Positions 55,599-64,000 of a stretch of 64,000 nucleotides of DNA are shown one piece after another. Each line of letters starts with the position of its first letter. Position 1 is the first letter of the stretch. Made by a program: the position numbers and the translations under genes. Source of the stretch: Octopus sinensis. Its lineage: Eukaryota. Location of the stretch: positions 133,362,001 to 133,426,000 of the forward strand of contig NC_042997.1 in NCBI RefSeq assembly GCF_006345805.1, read 5' to 3'. The notes beneath the pieces were generated by a model. The model was not told the DNA's origin. It saw nothing but the letters and a program-made list of their open reading frames with translations, and ran no database searches.

Positions 55599-55935
55599 CT
55601 CTTTTACTCTTTTACTTGTTTCAGTCATTTGACGGTGGCCATGCTGGAGCACCGCCTTTAGTCAAGCAAATCGACCCCAGTACTTATTCTTTGTAAGCCT
55701 AGTACTTATCTATTGGTCTCTTTTGCTGAACCGCTAAGTTACGAGGATACAGACACACACACACACACACACACACATATATGACGGGCTTCTTTCAGTT
55801 TCCGTCTACCAAATCCACTCACAAGGCTTTGGTCGGCCCGAGGCTATAGTAGAAGACACTTGCCCAGGTGCCACGTAGTGGGACTGAACCCAGAACCATG
55901 TGGCTGGTAAGCAAGCTACTTACCACACAGCCACT
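55599..55935 (-). mobile_element. SINE family C
   Basis: Matches 12909-13297. Confidence 0.88.
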
Positions 55936-56552
55936 ACGACAGACACACACACACAGAGTTGGGAGGTGTGTAGCTTAATGGCTATGGGTATTTGGCTAAC
56001 TATTGTAAGGTTCGATTCCCAGCGACGCATAGTGTTCTCGAACAAGATACTTTATTTCACATTGCTCCAGTCCACTCACCTGGAAAAAATGAGTTGTACC
56101 GGTATTTCAAAGGGTTGACCTTGTCACATTCTTTGTCACTCTGAATCTCCCTGGAAACTAATTTGCGAATAGGCGTGTCTGTGGAGTGCTCAACCACTTG
56201 CACGTTGATTTCGCGAGCAAGCTAATTCCGTTGACCGAACCAACTGGAACACTCGCTGTCGTGGGCACAGTGGTTAGAATGTCTGACTTACCAGAAGGTG
56301 TGTACACACACACACACACACACACACACACCACACACACACACACACATAATAGTTGTCGGGGGTACTTATGGCTCAGGGGAACATTTCTCCATACATA
56401 CACACATATATATATGATGTATACGATACGCTTCTTCGTTGAACTTTCAATTGTATTGCTTAGCTCCATGTGTATCTTTCTAGTATACAGCGCCTTGCAT
56501 GTAGTTAAGCATCCCAACTTATATCCGTCCAATAGTTACCAAACAAATTATG

Positions 56553-56890
56553 ATCCGATCGAAGTGGAGTGCAGAGGATTTGATGGTTGGTCCTTGAGAA
56601 ACTCTCACAAAATGCTTGACATCACAGGAGCCAGTAGTCAGAAGGTCACCAGGATGGCCGTGAAGGCAGCGGAAATTGCCTTAAGATGGCTTCTCTGGAT
56701 AAGAAGTTATGAGCTCTGGAAGGGGGCAATGCTAATAAGGGTTATGCTAACTAGACACAGCATCAAATCCCGCCTCACTCCGCTCACAGCTGGGTGAGTG
56801 AGATGAGGGTGGATCTGATGTTGAAAGACTCGAGACATCTAATGACCTTAGGAAACACCACTGATGATCTGTTGACGTGCATCGCAGTAA
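56553..56890 (+). pseudogene. HERO-like REL non-LTR 3' fragment with 3' UTR
   Basis: PIEVECRGFDGWSL...LDITGA...AAEIALRWLLWIR resembles the PVEVGCRGF...AAE..SRWLW C-terminus as I recall it for the HERO clade. Confidence 0.6.
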
Positions 56891-57469
56891 GATGGACAGA
56901 GAAATCTCTCGTAATATTTGCTATTGTTGTTGTTGTTGTTACTGTTATTCTTATTGCCATTGTTCTTCCGCAAATCAACAGCAATTTAAACAGGTGTAAT
57001 TATTATTTCTATTTAAAATGTTATTAAATCATTATCCCTTTGATGCTTAGAAACATCCAATTTGTTCTTTCTTTCTAATCTAAATTTCTATAGTTTAAAA
57101 CCGAAGCTTTAATTTTTATATCCGTTTAAAGCCATTGTTTGCATTACATTCTGTTATCTATTATAATGCTTTTGTACGTTCTTTTTGTTGTTGCCGTTCT
57201 TCCTGCATCTTATAATGTTTTGTAATTTACTTGTTACTCATTGTAGAACTATTTTACAAATACTATTTAACAATCTATTCTTTTTTTGCCCACCGTATAT
57301 TTACACCACTCTGTCTGTAACGTTTCATATCAAGCTTCTAAAATAGTCCATTATAAAATTATCAATTAATTTTTTTACAATACAATATCACGTGTGTGAA
57401 GCAAACACACAAAAGCTTACTCCCTCACAAACTTTGTCCATTAAATAATGTCTTTAAATACTTATACTT

Positions 57470-57760
57470 AATTAAGCCCTTCACACTCCACTGAGCACAG
57501 GCTATCAACGACTTCACTCCGCTGTTCTCGACTCTGGGCTTGTCCGTCTGATTTCACTTATTCTTATGACAGATGTTCTGAACTGTTATCAATGCTTCTG
57601 TAGCTTTGCTCTTTTTCCTAGATAGGGGTATTGGCTCTGCGTAAACCCATTTTAATCTTTGGATAGATGTGGTCCATATTAGTCTTGTTCCTATCCTTTC
57701 ACTTCTTGCCCTACAAAGAGCTTGCCCTCTTCTATCGTTGCTCTCAGACTCCTTGAACTA
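57470..57760 (-). pseudogene. Degraded RTE-like LINE 3' end
   Basis: LRATIEEG...RSERIGTRLIWTTSI resembles EG..G.R.RGRPR..W; short tandem tail. Confidence 0.35.
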
Positions 57761-57802
57761 TACAAGTCACCATACCGCTACAAGGACTGGACTTGGTACT
57801 TC

Positions 57803-60439
57803 TTTTAAAACCTTTAAACAAAAACATATTTAAGATTAAAAACATTAACCAACAGAATATGTTAATATGGCCGAATCGGTAGAACACTGGAGAAAATATT
57901 ATTTGCTAATTTTGTTACTTATGTTACGCTCAGAGTTCAAATCTTACTGGTAGAAAATCTGATTTCATCCTTCTGGGTTTTATAAAATAAACATAGGCAT
58001 ACGTGGGTACAGATTCAGTCCCACTGCGCTACGTCTTGGGCAAGTGTCTTCTCGTGTAGCCCCGGATTAACCAATGCTTTGTGAGTAAATCTGGTAGACG
58101 GAAACTGTATGGAAGCCCGTCGTGTATGTAGATATATATATATGTATGTATGTATATACATATAATTAATGATATCATGGTAATAAAGATTTTAGAAATT
58201 TTTACTACCAGTGGCCTAGCGTATAGAAAAATTAGTCAATAGACTATATATTATTCATATAAAATACAGTGTACATTTAAACACATTAAGAGGTGTCTAT
58301 CATAAGACTCCCTTATGCTAGAAGGAACAGCTAAAGTCCAAACTAATAATTAGGGATAAATTTATCCCTAATTAGTGGTTTGAACTTTAGCTGTTCCTAT
58401 GATGGATACCCCTTAATGTGCTTAATTGTACACTGTATTATATATATATATATATAATGTACATGTGTGTGTGCGCGCGCAGGTATGTGTCTGTGTTCAT
58501 CCCCGACTACAGCTTGACAACCGGTGCTGGTTTGCTTACGCCCCTGTAACATTAGCGGTGTGGCTAAAATTATCAATACAATAAATACTAGAATTAAATA
58601 TAGATTCTGAGACCAATTTATTCGGCAAAATCTTTCCGATGCGGTGCCCTAGCGTGACTGCAGTCCGAATGTAAAAAAATAATAAAGTGTGAAAGGATAG
58701 TTAACAAATGATATCCAGCATCATCAATATTCCTGTCATCCAAGAAGTTGTGAACCTGTGACTATGTTAGAAATCCATATTTACACAGATCAGGACGGAT
58801 GCTTGGTAGACTTGATACAGCATCAGTAGATAAAATGCCTTTATTTACAGAAATTTTGTTGCGATATTTTGTTCACGTTTTTAGTTCAAATTTCATTAGC
58901 GTCGATATAATCGACTATCTCCTACCTCTGAAATCCCTACCTTAGCGAAAAAAAAGTAGTATTTAAACATAGGCGTGGTAAAATCTTCAAGAATTCATCG
59001 AGGTTGATGGAGTCCATTTCTCTCTTTTTCTTTTACTTGTTTCAGTCATTTGACTTCGGCCATGCTGGAGCACCGCCTTTAGTCGAGTAAATCGACCCCA
59101 ACACTTATTCTTTGGAAGCCTAGTACGTATTCTATCGGTTTCTTTTGCCGAACCGCAAAGTTACAGGGACGTAAACACACCACCATTGTCAAGCGATGTT
59201 GGGGGGGGGGCAGACACATATACACAAACATATACACACATACATATATACATATATACGACGAGCTTCTTTCAGTTTCCGTCTACAAAATCCACTCACA
59301 AGGCTTTGGTTGGCCCAAGGCTATAGTAGAAGACATTTGCCCAAGGTACCACTCAGTGGGAATGAACCCGGAACAATGTGGTTGGTAAGCAAGCTACTTA
59401 CCACACAGCCACTCCTACGCCTATGTTGAATGTTTAAAAAATAGCCTGCCCCTGTACGCACACACAGCACACACACACACATGCACGCACGCACATAAAC
59501 ACACACACAAGCACAAAGACTAACATACGAACACAGGCACATATAATTATGGGGATAAATAAAATCTCGGTGATCACCTCAAAAGCACTTTATACAAGCA
59601 CCTGGCTTGCAAAGGGTTCAAATAATAGTATAAAAATTACATCTTTTAATCAACCATAGTATGATTGGGTATGTTTCAGTGATTTATTGTAGGAACTCTC
59701 CAAAAATCCAAGGCGTGTATACCAAATAGAAATATTATCTCGCTGAGTAAATAATATATACACCATGCCTTATGGACTGTTTGTTAGCCACGACCGCATA
59801 GTAGCTAATAATTTTTGTGTTTAGATATTTCCTTTCATAAGTCGAATGTGAGTCGAAGTAGTCAACTGGCTCCAGATTTATCATATAAAATAGTATAACT
59901 CTTGTATATGATATGAAATAAATGGCATGCGTTCATCAAAACGTACGTAGCATTAGTTATTTGACTTCACTGTTTCTTCGTTATAATTATATATATGTGT
60001 ATGACACACACACGCTCACACGCGCACATACACTGTATGGTGGTTGTATTCCCATTAGACGAATATGACTTGTTGACAAGTAGATGTAAAACTATGCTCG
60101 TGCAAAGGTTTTAGGTCAAGTGCGGCTTGTACAACACCACAATGAGTCTTACTAGCAATAACAAGAAATCCCGAGATTGGTTGATCCGGGGCTATACGAG
60201 AACACACTTGCCCAAGTGGGACTGAATCTGTACCCACGTTGCCTATGTTTATTTTATAAACCCCAGAAGAGTGAAAACAGATTTTCTACCAGTAAGATTT
60301 GAACTCTGAGCGTAACATAAGTAACCAAATTAGCAAATAATATTTTCTCCAGTGCTCTATCAATTCGGCCATATTAACATATTCTGTTGGTTAATTTTTT
60401 TTTTTATCTGAAATATATTTTTGTTTTAAGGTCTTAAAA
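57803..60439. repeat. Inverted duplication: arms 57803-58075 and 60176-60439
   Basis: About 270 bp including a unique segment and a SINE-B/SINE-C chimeric junction recurs in inverted orientation, ~2.1 kb apart. Confidence 0.9.
59031..59422 (-). mobile_element. SINE family C, full length
   Basis: Matches 12909-13297. Confidence 0.9.
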
Positions 60440-61193
60440 CGTGTAAGATATCCGGCGCAGTAGAGTATCGGGTTTTATATATGAGTTAGCCTTCACCATG
60501 AGGGATGCTTTAACTCCAGTGGCTTACTGCGCATTCGAAAATTTAGTTATCCCGTCGCTCATACATACATACATACATACATACATACATACATACATAA
60601 TACATAATACATACATACATACAGACAGACAGACAGATAGACAGAACAGAACAGACAAATAGACAGACAGAAAGACATACATACAGACAGAAAGACTGAC
60701 AGACACACTGATAGACATATGTATATGAGTGTATGTGTGTGTATATTATTCTTGCATTCTTTTGTTTCGACGATTTAACTGTGGCCATGTGTATGTGCCA
60801 CTTTGAATGACTTAACCAGATTTTCTCAAACGTTTTTTTTTTTTAAATTGGTTTATCAGTAATTACAAGAATTCTGAAATTTATTAATAATAATTTAAAG
60901 AACAATTTAAAAGGATATCTAAAGGTTCAATAAGTTTCAGTTTATTGTTCTGTGTGTATTTATTGTTCTTCACTCTCAATTCATCAATGGCTCTTTTTTT
61001 GACTCAGGAAGTGGTTAATATATAATCTATTTTACTAACAGAGCTATAAACAGATGTTGGTACATTTGAAAGAATAATTCAACAACAGTTGGATTTACTA
61101 TACAAATAGTTACAGCCAAATTATATAGACTAAAGTAACTAAGAATTTCAAAGAATTTCTTTTAACAGCTGGCTGTAGTTTTGAAATTCATAT

Positions 61194-61235
<42 letters not shown>

Positions 61236-61334
61236 ATCTATCTATCTATCTATCTATCTATCTATATATATATATATATATTATATCTATATATATATAT
61301 TATATATAATATAGATACTCTACCTACATCCTAC

Positions 61335-61399
<65 letters not shown>

Positions 61400-61400
61400 G

Positions 61401-61436
<36 letters not shown>

Positions 61437-61472
61437 GTCTGTCGGTCTATCTACATTCACAACCAACATATA

Positions 61473-62290
61473 CAGGTACGGTGAATAAACGTGTTTTTAA
61501 ATTACGCAAAAATCAAAATAATACCAACATCTCATTTTAACATATATTTACCAAAATTACGTAAAAATATCTTGAAATACTAAAGAGAAAATTTATCAAT
61601 AAAATCGCCATTGGCTTCAACCACAGCCGCCAGACGACTTTGGAATATTCTGCAACTCTTCCGGACGGTCTCTGTTTAAGTTGGTGAATGCTGACATAAT
61701 CCTTGCCTTCCGTTCATTTTGGCGTGACAAAGAGATTTGTTGGTCTCTGCGACCACACTGTGCCCCACACATAATAATCAAGAGCGCGGCAGTCTGGAGA
61801 ATTAGGCGGCCAGATGTAAGGGTGATGTGTCTCAGAAATTGTCTGACCAGCCATGACTGGATTTTCCTATTTTTGTGGCCATGGTACAGAGTCTTGTTGC
61901 AACAAACCCTTTACCCAGGGCAGCACTATCTACCTCCGTGTTGTGTCTGAGGCCGTGTGTGAAGACGAATGGAGCCATAACGTCGCCATCACTAGTGAAC
62001 ACATCAAACACCATGATGTTGACTGGATGTTGATTTTATCACTTCGGTAAATGTCCTGAGATTGACACCGAGACACTCTGAAATGTTCGTATTCGAGCTT
62101 CTGGTGCGAATGCCAAGCAGTACAGCATGTCATTTCCAAAGTTCTGGCAGAGTGAGAATTGCATCATGGTACTGTTTTCTCACAGACGGTGCCCAACTGA
62201 CTCTAACTACACTGTGTAGTCGACAAAAGCAAACAATGTGCATGCGCAGAATTAACAATATAAAATGGTGACAATTTACCCATCGCACCC
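61473..62290 (-). mobile_element. Internally deleted Tc1/mariner (maT/DD37D-like) transposon, copy 1
   Basis: Imperfect TIRs AGGGT(G/A)CG(A/G)TG..TAAA.TGTC with TA flanks; remnants HAVLLGI...VNLRT, KHPVNIMVF..FTSDG, QQDSVPCH...WPPNSPD..LDYYVW, VEANGDFI. Confidence 0.88.
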
Positions 62291-62297
62291 TATATAT

Positions 62298-62328
<31 letters not shown>

Positions 62329-62352
62329 CTACCTACCTACCTACCTATCTAT

Positions 62353-62386
<34 letters not shown>

Positions 62387-62387
62387 C

Positions 62388-62447
<60 letters not shown>

Positions 62448-62484
62448 GTCTGTCGGTCTATCTACATTCACAAACACACATATA

Positions 62485-63300
62485 CAGGGTACGGTGAATA
62501 AACTGTCGTTTAAATTACGCAAAAATCAAAATAATACCAACATCTCATTTTAACATATATTTACCAAAATTACGTAAAAATATCTTGAAATACTAAAGAG
62601 AAAATTTATTCAATAAAATCGCCATTGGCTTCAACCACAGCCGCCAGACGACTTTGGAATATTCTGCAACTCTTCCGGACGGTCTCTGTTTAAGTTGGTG
62701 AATGCTGACATAATCCTTGCCTTCCGTTCATTTTGGCGTGACAAAGAGATTTGTTGGTCTCTCGCACCACTGTGCCCCACACATAATAATCAAGAGCGCG
62801 GCAGTCTGGAGAATTAGGCGGCCAGATGTTAAGGGTGATGTGGTCTCAGAAATTGTCTGACAGCCATGACTGGATTTTCCTATTTTTGTGGCATGGTACA
62901 GAGTCTTGTTGCAACAAAACCCCTTTACCCAGGGCAGCACTATCTACCTCCGTGTTGTGTCTGAGGCCGTGTGTGAAGACGAATGGAGCCATAACGTCGC
63001 CATCACTAGTGAACACATCAAACACCATGATGTTGACTGGATGTTTGATTTTTATCACTCTCGGTAAATGTCCTGAGATTGACACCGAGACACTCTGAAA
63101 TGTTCGTATTCGAGCTTCTGGTGCGAATGCCAAGCAGTACAGCATGTCATTTCCAAAGTTCTGGCAGAGTGAATTGCATCATGGTACTGTTTTCTCACAG
63201 ACGGTGCCCAACTGACTCTACTACACTGTGTAGTCGACAAAAGCAAACAATGTGCATGCGCAGAATTAACAATATAAAATGGTGACAATTTACCCATCGC

Positions 63301-63304
<4 letters not shown>
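62485..63304 (-). mobile_element. Internally deleted Tc1/mariner (maT/DD37D-like) transposon, copy 2
   Basis: Near-identical to copy 1, including the left flank sequence. Confidence 0.88.
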
Positions 63305-63350
<46 letters not shown>

Positions 63351-63700
63351 GAAAAATGCATTAAATAAATACTACAAAACGTACACGCAGTTATCGACGA
63401 AAATACTAATACTCAGTTTCGTGCTTTTAGCTTCGTATATCGGCAGCACCCGCAAAATTTTCATAGAATTAGGACAAGACAATAGAGGGTGGACGTACGA
63501 AAGTAAACTAATGTAAAGTGAAACGATAAACGAAGACGGAATAAATACGGCCTTTCATCTAAACACGAGAATTATGGGTAACGACTAGAAGAAATCCCCA
63601 ATGGATATAGAAAGAGAAATAGCAAGAGAGGATAAAATGTTGATCGGCAGGCTAAGTGTCCGACGGTAGAAAGGCAGAGATGAGACAAATTAATCACGGG

Positions 63701-63763
<63 letters not shown>

Positions 63764-64000
63764 CAGGGGTTGAACAAAATAATGGAAACACCTTAAAATT
63801 TCAAACAAATATATATTTTAATATGGGGTAGGACCGCCTTTGGCAGTAATTGCCTTGAATTCTACGAGTTATAGACTGGCACAAAGTTTGAATTGTTTCC
63901 AAGGGAATTTTTGTCCATTCTTCAGCTAAAAAAGTCTCCAGTTCTTGTAGCGATGATGGCGGAGGATATCGACTCTTTACTTCTTTTTCTAAAATGCACC
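63764..64000 (-). mobile_element. Tc1-family transposon 3' end, cut by the window edge
   Basis: TA|CAGGGGTTGAACAAAATAATGGAAACACC terminus; minus-strand SRYPPPSSLQELETFLAEEWTKIPLETIQTLC...AKGGPTPY*. Confidence 0.8.

Noticed and set aside
56805-56880. CTGATGA and GAGAC in the HERO-like 3' UTR as a permuted hammerhead
   Set aside because: The core elements are in the wrong order, GAAA is missing and stem II does not form.

Overview
Eukaryotic, AT-rich window saturated with microsatellites and transposable elements. I found no host protein-coding exon, rRNA, true tRNA or CRISPR array. The SINE families and microsatellite density resemble an octopod cephalopod genome (recollection, not a database search). 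Most ORFs in the track are translations of microsatellites. The real coding signal all comes from transposable elements. (1) Two Penelope-like elements (PLEs): a degraded RT + GIY-YIG element at 21.1-23.4 kb carrying an in-frame Asn-rich expansion, and a young Neptune-like element at 41.9-44.7 kb built as a 1.07-kb inverted repeat joined at a microhomology. (2) Four minimal type I hammerhead-ribozyme motifs with non-canonical cores, linked to the PLEs. (3) Five REL-endonuclease non-LTR fragments, three of them stacked head-to-tail next to (TAA)n arrays. (4) RTE, CR1-like and L1/Tx1 LINE 3' fragments. (5) Helitrons, including a composite with two 5' ends and PIF1 helicase cargo. (6) Mariner, maT-like, Tc1 and hAT remnants, and two MITEs with 8-bp TSDs, one carrying TTAGGG repeats. 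(7) Many tRNA-derived SINEs and several long fold-back structures. Frequent 1-bp indels in homopolymers and microsatellites suggest residual long-read errors, so frameshifts and near-identical duplications need read-level checks.
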